Shown: positions 13,513 through 27,109 of the stretch, one piece after another
How the letters are laid out: each line of letters opens with the position of its first letter
Position numbering within the stretch: position 1 is the stretch's first letter
Assembly (NCBI GenBank): GCA_964016885.1
Contig: OZ024740.1
Coordinates: 50,468,001-50,532,000, forward strand
Source: Eledone cirrhosa
Taxonomy: Eukaryota
Direction of reading: 5' to 3'
DNA length: 64,000 nt
Notes under the pieces: model-generated
What the model was told of the DNA's origin: nothing
Databases searched by the model: none
The model's input: the letters and a program-made list of their open reading frames with translations, nothing else
Program-made: the position numbers and the translations under genes

Positions 13513-13890
13513 TCATCATCATTTTACATCTGCTTTTCCCTGCTTGCAAGGGTGGGACAGGAACTGATTCTGGCTTGATTTCTACAGCTGGATGCCCTTC
13601 CTAACACCAACCTCATTTACAGTGAAGGCTGGGTGCTTTTTTTCCGTGGCGCTTACACGTCCACTTTACAGTGGGGGCTGGGTGCTTTTTTGCCGTGACA
13701 CCTCCACAACCACTTTGCAGTGGAATGATAGGGACCCCAGTCCTTTCATCTCATTTCTACAGCTGAGTAAACTGGAGCAATGTGAAATAGAGTGTCTTGC
13801 TCAAGGAAACACATCACCCAGTCTGAGAATTGAACTCGCAACCTTTCGATTGCAAAGCCAATGCTCTAATCACTAAGCCATGTGTCCCCA
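13513..13890 (-). mobile_element. Composite SINE: tRNA head + CORE-like domain + RTE 3' tail
   Basis: Near-identical in inverse to 56089-56423; ends in (TGA)n. Confidence 0.85.
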
Positions 13891-14858
13891 TAATATACTC
13901 ACAAATTGTCATACTTAGGCCTACCAGCCCCTTTAAAAGTATTTCTTGGCACACACATACATGATAATCATGTGAATACACAGGTGAAACTCCAGAGTAA
14001 ACAAGACTCTTAATAAATATTATTTCTCTCCCTTCATATATATATATATATATTCAAAATAGGGAGCGCACAGGACAAAGATAGTGGAGAAAAACAACAA
14101 CAGAGATGAACAATCCCATCTCCTCAGTCAATATATGTAATGTATATATGTTTTATATAAAACCCATCAAGTAAAATTAGCAAGGAAAAGCTACTCCATA
14201 TCTTTTAATAAGAAGCTTGTATGTTTGGAATTAACTGCTGCCAGGTGTTATATATTTACTTGTATCTGTATCTATATCTTAAATAAATAAAAAAATTCAG
14301 AAAACATGATGCACTGCATTTTATATCTAATATATTTATCGAAAACATTGCATCATATAAACAGTTCATGTTTATTAGATAGACAAAAATACAAATTCTA
14401 CAGCATATGATTTGGTATTTTTGTTCCCTTTTCTTCAATCTGGAGTATTTTTAGAAATACCTCTGCTGTTGACACCAGCTTATGAAAATGGTGATGTAAT
14501 CCTATAGTTTAGCAGATGTGGCATGAATCAGAAGTGCGAGCAGCTAAAAAGCAGAGAAATCCAGGGCTGCTACTTCCTACAACTAGTACTGCCTAGTCAC
14601 TAATATAGCTATAACATCCTGAGTTGAGGTATTGTATTTCAGCATCACATATGAAAGAAATATGGCTGAGGTCAGTGAAACAAAATAGTAGATACATATA
14701 AAAATCTACTAAAGAGCAAGAAAATTAATTCCAGAAATATTACTATGAATTGTGTTTTCTTTGCCAAAAGTATTTAAAAAAAAAAAAAATTTGCAGGAAA
14801 TTTCTAATTCCTTAAAATTTCCAGGGTATACACAGGTTTTAACATGGAGATTTACAAT

Positions 14859-15080
14859 TCAACCCTTTAGCATTTACACTACTTTATATCATATTTTCAT
14901 AGTAAACACTTTATTTCACATAATTATTTTACATAATATCGAATCTATGAGATTTTGATATTATTTATTTTGAGAACAACACCTTAACATCAGTATGAGC
15001 AGCCAGTTACAGCCAGTTTGAACAGACAGAGGTGAGAGAATTCTAGGCGGATACGGCCAGTTTAAATGCTAAAGGGTTAA
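14859..15080 (+). mobile_element. piggyBac-type MITE family A
   Basis: CCCTTTAGCATTTA...TAAATGCTAAAGGG|TTAA. Confidence 0.85.
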
Positions 15081-15302
15081 ATAACTGATCATGTTGGCTG
15101 AGTCTTTTATGAAAAGTTTTAACATATCCATTGTATAATATCCTCACTTCATTTTTATATTACTAATATTTGTTGAGCCTTACATATGTTGCAACCACTA
15201 TGTTTTCTTTTCAATGTTTATCGTATTGTATATGTTAGTCCTTTTGTGGCTAATACAGAAGCAATTGTTGTTATTATCATCATCTTCATTATTATTATTA
15301 AT

Positions 15303-16260
15303 AGGGCAGTGGATTGGCAGTATTGGTTAAGCATCGGACAACATACTTCACACCATAGTTACGGCCCTTTATGTTCTGAGTTCAAATCCTGCCAAGGTTA
15401 GCTTTGCCTTTCATCCTTATGGGGTCGATAAATTAAAGTAGTAGTAACACACAGGGGTTGATTTAATCAACTTTCCTCTCCCTCACAAAATTTCTGGCCT
15501 TGTGCTTAAATCAGAAACCAGTATTATTATTATTAGGGGTGGATTGGCAGTACCAGTAGAGAGTCGGACACCATGCTTTCCAGCATAGTTACGTCCCTTT
15601 ACGGTCTGAGTTCAAATCCCGCCGAGGTTAACTTTGCCTTTCATCCTTACGGGGTCGATAAAATAAAGTACCAGTAATGCACTGGGTATTTGCTGACCTT
15701 GTGCCTAAAGTAGAAACAATTATTATTAGGGTGGTGGATTGGTAGTACCAGATAGAGCGTTGGACATGCTTTGTGGCATAGAGTTACTTCCCTTTGCATT
15801 CTGAGTTCAAATCCCGCCGAGGTTAGCTTTGCCTTTCATCCTTACAGGGTCGATAAAATAAAGTCCTAGTAATTTACTGGAGTCGATTTAATCAACACTC
15901 CACCCCCTAAAAATTTATAATCCTTGTGCTTAAATCAGAAACGATTATTACTGAGGGCAGTGGATTGACAGAGCCATTAGAACTGAGGCCAACTCTACCT
16001 CTCATCTTTCTGAACCCAATAAAATAAAGTACCAGTCAATAAGCAGAGTTGATTTAACTGCCTCTCCCATGCACCAACTATAAAAAAAAAAAAAAAAGAA
16101 AAAATTTCATCCTTACGGGGTTAATAAAATAAATTGTTGGCCTTGTATCTAAATCCCGCCAAGGTTAACTTTGCCTTTCATCCTTACGGGGTCGATAAAA
16201 TAAAGTACCAGTAATGTACTGGATTATTGCTGGCCTTGTGCCAAAAGTAGAAACAATTAT
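15303..16260 (+). mobile_element. Head-to-tail array of Nin/Deu-like tRNA SINEs (3 full copies plus fragments)
   Basis: Units start at ~15303, 15536, 15730 and 15953, each following the (TTA)n tail of the previous unit; partial unit 16151-16260. Confidence 0.85.
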
Positions 16261-16607
16261 TATTTATTCTTGATTTTTGTTAGTCGAGAAAGACAGAGGA
16301 GCATTAGGAAAGCAGTACTTAGTATTGTCCCTATATATTCTGACTTCAAATCTAGCCAAGATTGACTTAGCATCCCTACCCTCACTCTAGGATCAATAAA
16401 ATAGCAAGCTTTTCCCTCCCACTCCTAGCATCACATAAATAGAAACCTATCCATATTTCCCCATGTTACAAATTTATGGCCTCATGTACCTATGTAAGAA
16501 ATTATTATTCTTTCATTCCTGAGTAGCAAATGTATACAATTATTGATTGTGATTTTATTTGTAACAAGTACAATAAATGGATGGTTAAAGTACCAGATAT
16601 TCCTCCA

Positions 16608-16827
16608 TTAACCCTTTAGCATTTACATTACTCTATTGTATTTTTGTGGTAAAGGCTTTATCTTACATAATTATCTCACATAATATCAAATCTATGAGAT
16701 TTTGAGGTTATTTATTTTGAGAACAATACCTTAATGTCAGTATTAGCAGCCAGTTACAGCTGGTTTGAATAGAAAATAGTGAGAGGATTCTGGCTGGATA
16801 TGGCCAGTTTAAATGCTAAAGGGTTAA
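16608..16827 (+). mobile_element. piggyBac-type MITE family A
   Basis: Perfect TTAA TSD and 14-bp TIR CCCTTTAGCATTTA. Confidence 0.9.
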
Positions 16828-17039
16828 AGCATAAGTGTCCAACCTTATCTACTATGGACTAAACATTTTTTAAATTTCAAATTTTATCATGCATTTGTAA
16901 TCAATAGTGTTGGTTATAGGTTTTCACTGGGTTAATCTCTGGTTCACTGCATTTCTGTTAGTGAGAATAATAAAGGAATGTTCCAGTGCTACTTGGATGG
17001 ACTAAAAGCCAATTTTACACCAACTATAATAACTTTTAC

Positions 17040-17474
17040 TGACGCACACATCTAATACAGAAGACCCGCCTTCCCTACGTGCAAAGTTAACCTACAGTTA
17101 GTAGGCCCCTCCAAACCAAACATACACCCCAACCCACTACCCCTATTCCTGCCAACACCACCCTTTCTCTATAAAGTTATGTTGGTACCACAACATCCAG
17201 TCCAAACTAATGAGATTGTGTAGGTGTCACAACAAAAAAAAAACACACAGTCCACGCTGTAATGTGGCCGTGTAGGTAACACAGTAAAAAGTTCCCAGTC
17301 CACACTGTAAATGCGGTTGGTGTTAGGAAGGGCATCCAGCCATAGAAAACCTGCCAGATAGTCCTATACGAGCAAGACACGGTCACCACCAATCTTGCCT
17401 CCAGTGGGACAACTCCCGTCTAACCCATGCTAGCGTGGAAGCATGGAAGATAGATGTTAAACGACGATGATGAT
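17040..17474 (+). mobile_element. 5'-truncated copy of the RTE LINE (ORF end plus 3' UTR)
   Basis: taatacagaagacccgcctt matches the end of the 39292 ORF. The 3' UTR and (GAT)n tail abut (TA)n. Confidence 0.85.
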
Positions 17475-20400
17475 ATATATATATACACACACAATTGTGT
17501 AATAATGGGGTAGTGTTGTTCAGAAGATTACAGAAACTATGTAATACTACAGCTGCAGCCTGGTGATGCCTGTCACCCCTATACCAGTAATTGGTGCAGG
17601 CTGATTGTTGTTTTACAGGAAAGGTTTTGAAGGATGTGTTTCATTTTACTTTTTATTGTGTGGTATGAGTCTGGTGAGTGGTGTTGAATGTGGGTTTATG
17701 GATTGTGATTGCTTGAGTTCAAGGATAGCATTAAATTGATGTAAATATATTCACATTCAAGTTAAGACATTTGACAGTCTTAGTTACAAATATATTTGTA
17801 TTATATGACAGGCATTTGCACAGTTTCTGCCAACCATATATGCTAACAAAGCACTGATCAACTTAAGGCTATAATATATGAAGAGAAGCCTACCTTTTGT
17901 AGCAAAGGCTTGACTATGTAAATAGTATGAGATTACCATAAAAGATTATGGGAGATAAAAAAACATAACCAACTTGTTCAAAATATTTAATAGTCAAACC
18001 TGCAATGGAGCAGTTTACAATAAGCTAACATACTTTCAACATTAAAATTCACTCAACACTTTGTAAAACAACTGTTTATTTGTTTACATCTCCTGGCTGG
18101 TATATAAGGTTTAAAAATGACAGGTAAGTGGTCAGTCTCCCTTTGATATAATGGTAACACGCTATCCGGCATATGGCAGATGTGAGGTGACTGTCCACTT
18201 TTTATCATCTCTAGGGGATTATATGCCCCACTTGTTCCACTATTTAATAATCAAGCCTGCAAGTTAGTTTATATTTATGTAACATACTTTTCCTTTCAAA
18301 ATGTAATGTCTCATTTTTGTGTTATTGAATAAGATTTAGTTACTAAATTCTCCATTGCATGAATTAATGTGGTAATTACAAATGGTTTTAAAATCATCCA
18401 AAAATATAGGATTAACAAAATCAGAAAGGTTATCACACCTGAAGTAGGCTTTGGAATTAACGGTTTGATAAATGAGGCACTTAAGCATTGATATGGTACC
18501 TGACAGAAAGCATAAATAGAATCTTAATTATTATGTTATGCAGGTAAGCTGTGCATATGTAAGACAACAGCACAGACCCAACCAATCAAATACTAAGGCA
18601 CAACCCATTATTTTAGCATTCAACATATACAGATATAGAATACCCAGCATGCCAGATTCATTTGAATTTCATCTCTGATCGTTGCGATAGCTATAACTAT
18701 CTCTACATTTTGGATCATGCTCTTTTGAGATACCATATTTATAATTTAGACTGTATATTTGATAAGAAGGTTGTCAAGGGAAATTTAGCTGCTACATTGA
18801 ACAAATATATAGTAACTTTGTCAGCTTCTTGCTCCTAAGGTCTGCCTTTGAAAGCTAGAAAATTATGGTGACAGACATTTTGTTACTACATCAAGCAAGT
18901 CTATAACTATATAGCAAATTCCTTTTGACTTACAAGGTCTTCATTTTAACCTTTCTGATGCCAACCTGCCCTAAACCATCTTTGGTTCTATGAAACTAAA
19001 CTATCCATTTTAAAGGGTTCATATTTAAATTAAAATTGTCCAAGATAATTTTATATAATTTTATTAAGTTACTATCTCAGTAATGAAATAATTCCTAATT
19101 TTAGTGAATAATAATAATGAAATTATTGTGTAAAGTGCTCAGGTGCACTACAACTCGTCAATATAGTACATAGAATAATACACAAATGTCGGGGAAGTAC
19201 ATGTGTGTATGTGTTAGCTTTTAAAATTCTCGATTAACTAATTGAAACAGTGCATTTCATTAGAAATATGGTCATGAAATACAGTAGAATGATTAGTGGA
19301 AAAGATTAGTAGAACTACAATATAGAAGTTTCATTGTTAGTTCTTAATCAACTTTGTATGAATGTTAAGTGATACAATAGGAATCATTAACATTAAAATG
19401 ATTTAAAATTCAAATACATTTAGTTGTATTTTATCATCACCATAATCATCATAGTTTAAGTCTGTTTTCCCTGCAAGCAAATGTTGGATGGGCCTTCACA
19501 GACTGATTCAGTACCAAAGCAGAGCCATCTTTTCTTACATTTTATTGTGGCACCAGCACTAGAGAAGTAGTCGAGATCTTTGACACAGCTGAAGAGTCCT
19601 CATAAATTTGTGACATAAGACAGATGTGTCTGAATCAGACAGTCTAACTATATTTTTAGTGTTATGGAAGTTAAACATTAGCTTCTGTTATATATACTAT
19701 AACTGTATATATGTAACAGTGAAATCTTAGTTTGTGGAGGAGTCCACAATTATAAGCTATGTAGGCTAAACATGATACTGATATTTGATGCTGCTTATGA
19801 TAAAAACTATAAAAAAATAAATGCTTTCTCTTCAGAGTTAAAAAATACCTTCTCTCAGAGCAGTTATTAACCTTTATTAGAGTGCAAATATGCCCTTCTT
19901 CACAAATTGTTCACATATCTGAAATGGTATACCCTATACATAACACACCTCTCTTCAATGATGTCTGCCTGATAGGTGGACCTACACTAAGAATCTAAAA
20001 TTACTGGCCCACTCTGTCTGTTGATAGAGCAATCTATTACTCTGAACTTACTATCGATTGTCTTGATGCAGATATCTCGCTGTTCCTCACCATTATCACT
20101 GTAACTTACCTACAAGCTACATACTAAATACCTTTTTTCATAACCACACCCACCATTTTCCCCTACTACTAATACTACTACTATTACTACTACTATTATA
20201 CAAGAATACCAATAACAGAATTCACATAAAAAAAATTTGCAGAAATAGCTAGAAAGACACAATATTAATAGAATGGCTAAATTAAACATTTATACAAAAG
20301 ATATTCAATTTTATATAATTTAGGATACAAAGAACGTAGAATTATATGAATCTCTCAATATATCAAAAATGTATTCATATTCACTTTCTGCCATTTAGAT

Positions 20401-20984
20401 ATATTTTTAATTAAATAAAATTTTCTCATGATCACAATGTCTATTATTCATTATATTAACATTTTTTTACAATTGATAGATCAAGTATCTGAAGCTAATG
20501 TTTTATCAATTTTACTTTTTACAATATGAAAATATCCCTTTTCATATTGTAATGGACAGTTTATCTTGTTTATAAAATTGCTGCAATGGACAGTTTATCT
20601 TGTTTATAAAAACATTTTTCACATCTTCCATGGATCTAAAACAACTTTTAGCCCTTCAAAACTGAAGAAGATAAAACTATATTTCATTAGGGGATTTCAT
20701 TAGATTTTTGTAGGCCATAAAACAAGCAGAAAACCTGGAGACAAATTCATTTCGGAGGACAAAGTATCTGAGAGAATGTTAGTGTCTAAATCCAGCATAT
20801 TGTAAAATAATTACTAAATGTTAAAATGACTATGAGGTTGTAAAGAATATTCTGCCGTTAAAGTTTTGATAAAAACAAACCCATTACTTATTTTTTTTCA
20901 GATTGTTTCCCCTTATTTTCCAATGCTAGTGTTGGTGAAAAGGTTTATTATTTTTATGATTTGCATAGTCATGTTTACAGCTGT

Positions 20985-21215
20985 AATCCCCACTCTACAG
21001 TTAGTTCCATGGTGATGAAGTAGCTGTAAAAGTTGTGTAGCCCCGGGTTGGCTCTGATTTGCGCAAACCTATGACCAAAAGCATTCCAACAATGATATTC
21101 ACATTTCCCTCCAGGTATCCTGTATCTAATACATATAGTCATAGATAGTATCCTTTTAAAGGTAGAGTATACTTTGAGCAATTGGTGGCTGTTATTTCTA
21201 GCAGGTAAAGTGACA
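20985..21215. repeat. Dispersed ~200-bp repeat family (SINE-like, unclassified)
   Basis: Shared blocks gttgtttagccccagg..gacctatgatcaaag..ttccagcc and ggagatttggctgctatttctagcagg also at ~2918, 26745, 29550, 30057, 30935, 43520, 60415 and 62580. Confidence 0.65.
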
Positions 21216-21819
21216 AGACAGAGTAGTAGTAGTAGTAGTAGTATTTATCAGTCAGGGACTGAGAAAAAGATGTGATGTGCATGTATTGTCTAGAAGCACA
21301 GCTCATCTAGAATATGCTATAATAGTAACGTGTTGAACTTATGGTTAACATTTTTATTATCTTGACATTAAATCATATGTTCATGTAATACCTAAGATTA
21401 GTAACAAACACCTAAGATAATGGAAGATTGAAGGGTGAGAAGAAAACCAAAAGCAATGAATAGATTCTCTGGAGTATGTAATTCAAGTTTTAACATAACT
21501 GCACTGAACTAACAAATAGTTGTTCTTTGTAACAAACTTCAGAAGGATTCTCTCTTGAGTGTTACCATATAACTAACCTTCTCCTCAATCACTAAGCAAT
21601 GATTATGAAATAAGTAAAATTTATACCACTTATCTTGGCCGATAGCAATCTGATACAGTTTAATAAATAACACTGTGTCCTATAAATAATCGGAATATGA
21701 ACTTGAGCAGTTGCAGAGTTTTTTTTGTGTGGTATACAACAGAGGGCATCAGAGGTTACATTATTGTAAAATATGTGTGTATGTGTGTATGAGTGTGCGT
21801 GAATGTAGTAAATAAATAA

Positions 21820-22466
21820 CAAGGAGAAACGAAGCCTGCATGCTCCGATGGATGTGTAACAGTAATACACGTGAACGACAAAGCATAAAGGAATTGAGAG
21901 AGAAACTGAGCATAAGAGGAATCAAATGCGTGCAGGAGAGGCGGTTACGCTGGTATGGACATGTGATGCGTATGAAGGATGACAGCTGCATAAAAAGGTG
22001 CAGAGCACTAGAAGTTGATGGAAACCGCGGAGTGGGGAGACCCAAGATGACTTGGGATGAGGTGATAAAAGCCGACCTTACCCAACTACACCTCTCAAAG
22101 TCAATGACACACGACCGTGACTTCTGGCGTCACGCAGTAATACAGGGTACCCGACCTCCCATGGGTACATGCTGAAGCATATAAACAATATGCCCCCACT
22201 CCCCCCACCACAAGGTGGTCGTGGAGGTGCCACGGCAAAAAAGCACCCAGCCCACACTGTAAAGTGGACGTGTAGGCGCCACGAAAAAGCGCCCAGCACT
22301 CACTGTAAATGAGGTTGGTGTTAGGAAGGGCATCCAGCTGTAGAAATCAAGCCAGATCAGTTCCTGTATGAGCAAGGCATGGTCAGCCGACCAGACACTG
22401 CCCACAACAGGACAACCCGTCTAACCCATGCTAGCGTGGAAGAACGGACGTAAAACGGTGATGATG
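21820..22466 (+). mobile_element. 5'-truncated RTE LINE (sister subfamily): C-terminal ORF plus 3' UTR
   Basis: ORF 21840..22175 (MLRWMCN...RRLRWYGHVMRM...GRPKMTW) is homologous to the end of ORF 39292..40686; GAT tail. Confidence 0.9.
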
Positions 22467-24567
22467 AAACAGAGTTTTAGATATACTCTTGTAAAAGGAC
22501 AAGGCAAAAATAAATCTTTAAAAAAAGTTAACCTTTTATTGATAACTATAATTTAGGAGATTGATGAAAGACACGACACTCATCATCATTTAACGTCTAT
22601 TTTCCACACTAGCTAATAATACAAAATTGTGTGTATTGTGTGTGTGTGTGTGTGTGGGGGGGGGGGGGGTATGTATTCATTATTTTGGTTTTAACAAAAA
22701 ACAATTGTGAATTAAGAAATTTTAAGTGAAAACAATACCAAAACTTTTAAAACAAAATCATCATATTATTAAGGCTTTCATCATTCTCTACTATAATTTT
22801 GCTGTATTAACTGATTTCTATCCTTGAACTGAAAGCATGCTGTGGTACTGCCTCAAAAGTCTTTTTTTTAAAAGTTGATCATATTGACATCATTAATCAA
22901 TATCTATTTGTCGACTAGGATATATGATTCTCTCAAGAGCATTAAAACATTAAAGAGTTACAGAGTTGAAACTGAGCTAAAGTTTCAACTTTCTAAGAAC
23001 TTGTTTTATTACAGTTGATTTACTCTTCTCAGAGTGTGTGTGTGTATGGGGGGGGGGGGGAGTGTTCTCTTAGTATTTATATTTATTCCTGGACCAGGTG
23101 ACACAATGCATCCTTGAGCAAGATGCTCCATTTCACATTGCCCCAGTCATCTTGTCTACTCAGCTTAAGAAAAAAAAATAGTACCAGCAGTTGATGCTGG
23201 TGGATAACTCTTGCAATGAACTGGCATCTGATCTTTCATGATATGACTGGGGCCACTGTAATTAAAACAACCAAGAAACCTCCTATGAGATGTAACCTTA
23301 TAAAGAAGCCAGCTAAACCTACATAAGCTTAAGTTTTAAAACAACAAATATTTATACTAAACCCATGTGCTTAACATCATGTTTCTATGGAAACTATAAA
23401 GATAATTCCACATACAATCTATTGAATTGTTTTAGCTATGTAACAAGAAAAATTTAATACAATTACAGCTGAACTCAAAGAGACAAGGCAAAAATCATAG
23501 CTTAATGACCTTCATCTGAGAATTGAAACTATCACAGTCATCTTGTCACACTGTTTGGATATGCATAATAAACACACAGACATACTCATTACACAGTTAG
23601 ATATATAATTACCTATACAAATGTATAACTGTCTAAACTTTTAACCAGTTCACAGTCTTAACATCCTGTACTCCCACAAAACAACACTATGATTGCATCA
23701 CATTAAAAATTAGGGTCTGTAAATTCTCACAACAATCTATCTGCTGATAAAGAATAAACGTTTGAATTAACAAAATATGTTATATTATACAACTCTTTTG
23801 TCTTCTCATTAATAAAGAGACGTACAGAGTAAAAAGTTTCATAAATATATTTGTCAGGTTGAGAACCACTCCCCTAACTCTTTCTTGATTGGATGAAATT
23901 TTTAGATTAGGATATAGATAGCATATAGAGTAGCACTTCTACCTGTCATATATAGCTCCATAAATGTCTAAGCTGCAATCTGCAATGATAATTCCCATGA
24001 GAAACCAATGAATGTTGTACTATCTTATTTCCTCTTCATTATACTGCATATATCTCAAGTTTTAGAATAAATACACTGTATCTCTGCATGTTGTAAGAAG
24101 TGACTAAATGGGTCGGTATAAGAAAGGCATTCTACTATAGAAGATTTCCTCGAAATTTTTGATTCAAACCATGCCAGCATGATGATAGTATTATACAAAA
24201 TCCCTAAGACATGATGACTGTCAAATGGCCAATTGTTCAAATATTTTGCTTTAAAAAAGTAATTTTACTATTCTTTTGAATGAACTATCTAAAGAGGCTT
24301 TTGATCATAACTGAATTTAAAAAAAAAAAGCAACAAAAAACTGCTAGACAAAAAATTGTCATAGTATTTTGTTTTGCATGGAAGCATGTACAAAAATAAA
24401 ACTTCCATGTACACACCAAGACCCTTTAATATCTAACACTTGGTTATTTGCTTAAGAAGATAATAGGAAATTACTTGGGTTAGTGTGTGTGTAAAATTAG
24501 TCATTTCTACAAAAAGCTATTTAATAAAACAATAACAGCATTGCTGATAAAGTGTCAGTTTTCTTAC

Positions 24568-25990
24568 AGATATCTAATAACTTGAAATAATCTTTGTTGA
24601 AATCTGGAAAGTTCTTTTCTTTCTACCAGGACAAATAAGCTAAAAGACTAGCAGATGAAAATAATAAGGTTATTATTCAGAATCCAAACATATTTCTAAT
24701 GGTACTATATTTGGAAATATCACCAGACTTGAGACAAAAGACCTCTATTCAGATCAACATAAAAAGAAATAAATGTCTAGAGTATTTATACAACATGGGT
24801 TTCCAAGTTTATGTAGGGTTATTTAGAGAATAAAATAGAACAAAGGATTTGGTTTATTACTTCACTATGTCTCACTGTACCTTTAGTTATACCTAACAAT
24901 TACACAAAAAGAATATGTTTTGGTTAAGGCAGCTGGCAACACACTAGGTCTTCAAAATATTCTGATAAAAAAAAATGCATTCTTACCCTGTGAGGCCTAA
25001 CTTTAGCTAAAAGAAAGTCTTGAAGAAATTAAGATATGTTAATGGTAAGCAAAATCCCCAAACCAGTATTTTGTAATGACATTGTACTAATAATACATAC
25101 AACAGAATCAGACAATTTACGACTATAAAATTAATTTATTCCAGATTTGAAAAGCTGAAAAATCTATTTACAATCTTCATTAAAATCGTTTGGCAGGAAA
25201 CCAATAATTAACTATTAAATATATATACTTATAAAAGGATTAAATAATATAAGAAAATTAAATTACAAAATATTGAAGTAAAATATTAATCGCTTACATG
25301 AACACTATATTTCAAATTTACAGATACATGGAAATGAGTCTTTATTTATTTACTTACTGTTCAGCCAGGATAGGAAGATGCGAAGAGTAGAAGAAGATAT
25401 CCTTATACTGAAGACCTTGCCTGAAAGCTTTTAACAGTGTGGACTACTAAATGCACCCAAAGGCCAGGTGATGGTATTAAAAAAAAAAGTCTGCAACTCA
25501 TGTGACATTCATGAATTTCTCAACACCAACAACAAAGTAATTTATGGGCAAATATCTACAGCTAGAATTTGAAACCTTACTCTTTGATTTCCACTACTCC
25601 CAAAATAATCTGGAAAACTACGAATTTCTCTTAGTTATTTAGTTAATTTGTTTTTCATAAAGCCAATTTCTATATAAATGAAAGAGTAACTTGGCTTGTT
25701 AATTCTCTTATTTTCTGTTGCTTGTTTGTCAATAAATAATGAAATTAACAGCAAATTTATCTAAATATAACCACGTGAACAAATTCTGCAAGCTTGGTTC
25801 ATTAAATTTCATAAGACAAATGGATGTAACAGCTAAGGTGGTGAATTAGATTTACTAAACATGCAAATGGATAAATATATTCAATAAAAGTATATATATT
25901 TATATATATACTTTTATACACACAAAAACAAGATGGCGTAGGACAGAACAAAGAAAAGAATCCCCAGAATGTGTGACGAAAGAACTTTGA
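24568..25990 (-). ncRNA. Candidate nested spliced non-coding gene (micro-exons 25609-25581, 25420-25358, 25006-24987, 24603-24568; first exon near 25990-25912)
   Basis: Four yag|...|gtaag exons of 29, 63, 20 and 36 nt within ~1 kb, downstream of a promoter-like motif cluster. The joined exons have stops in all frames; the region lacks SINEs. Confidence 0.5.
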
Positions 25991-26040
25991 CAATATATGA
26001 ACAACCGTCCGGTTGTGGAACCAACGAGCCAACCGGAAAT
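25929..26040 (-). promoter_or_regulatory. Promoter-like cluster: ETS/GABP site, pyrimidine (TCT-like) initiator, YY1 site
   Basis: ACCGGAAAT (+, 26032-26040), TTCTTTCG and TTCTTTTCTTTG on minus (~25985-25950), CGCCATCTTG on minus (25938-25929); local CpG enrichment. Confidence 0.5.
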
Positions 26041-27109
26041 TTATAATTTAATTTATAATAAATTGGAGTGAAAGCAACTGGTGCGTGTGTTTCTTATTGG
26101 CAACATGACCCTCCCAAAGTATAACAATATCGGTTTCAACACACGTTTTCAGATAAAGAATCTTGCTAAACAAATCCAGAAACGAAATATATATATTTAA
26201 TCGTATTCTAAAATAAATATGGTAAACATGATCAAATACATTTGTTTGAAATACACCATGAGGAGGTTCAATAGAACCAAAACATGTTAAAGTTGTCACT
26301 GAACTTACTAAAAGACCCAATCCTTGCTGCCAAGCTCTTATTTAGTTTTTAATTAATTTTGAAGTTGCCTCCCTTACTTTCCTGCATTAGAGCTAATAAT
26401 TAAAGATAACTTTTATCTGAGAGAGAGAGAGAGAGGTCGATATGATTGATGCTTGGTTTGTGTACAGGGAAGGAGATTTGCAGGTAGGTGATGTAGTTCT
26501 CAGTATGGAGTCTGGGTTGGGAGAGACACAGTAAGGATAACAAGAGGAAGGCAAATGAGTTTGAGTGAGTTTAAAGTTCACTGGTAGAGTTGGCAAAGTT
26601 CAAAGGAGTCAAGACAATTATAGTAATAGTAAAAGAGATAAAGGACACACGATTTGGTTAAAATATATCTGATCATGAGAAACTAATTTGAATACAATAC
26701 TATCCAACTATAGTTGAATATAAGAACAAATAATTATAATGCTTAGCCTCAGGCTAGTTCAGATCAAACTATAATTGAAAACATCCCAGCCGTAGTCATT
26801 CCACCTTTTTTTTTTTGTATTTAAGACTATATTATTCAATATGGCCTTATTTTAAAAATGGTAGGATGTGATTTGAAGGAAATTTGACTGCTACTTTTAG
26901 TAGGTTGAGTAACCATGTAAATATTCCCTTGTTCACTTGTCCAATTATTTCTTGTTAATATATGTCAAAATAAATAGAATTGAACAACACTTTGTACCCA
27001 ATCAATGGTGTATATTATTTGGGCAATTAACACTTCTGATTTCAAGGAAAAAATCAATTCATCAGTTTTCTAACAAGGATTAAATTGTTCAAGTCCAAGG
27101 TGATTTTGA

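Noticed and set aside
20551-20610. 27-bp direct repeat aatggacagtttatcttgtttataaaa
   Set aside because: Simple local slippage duplication.
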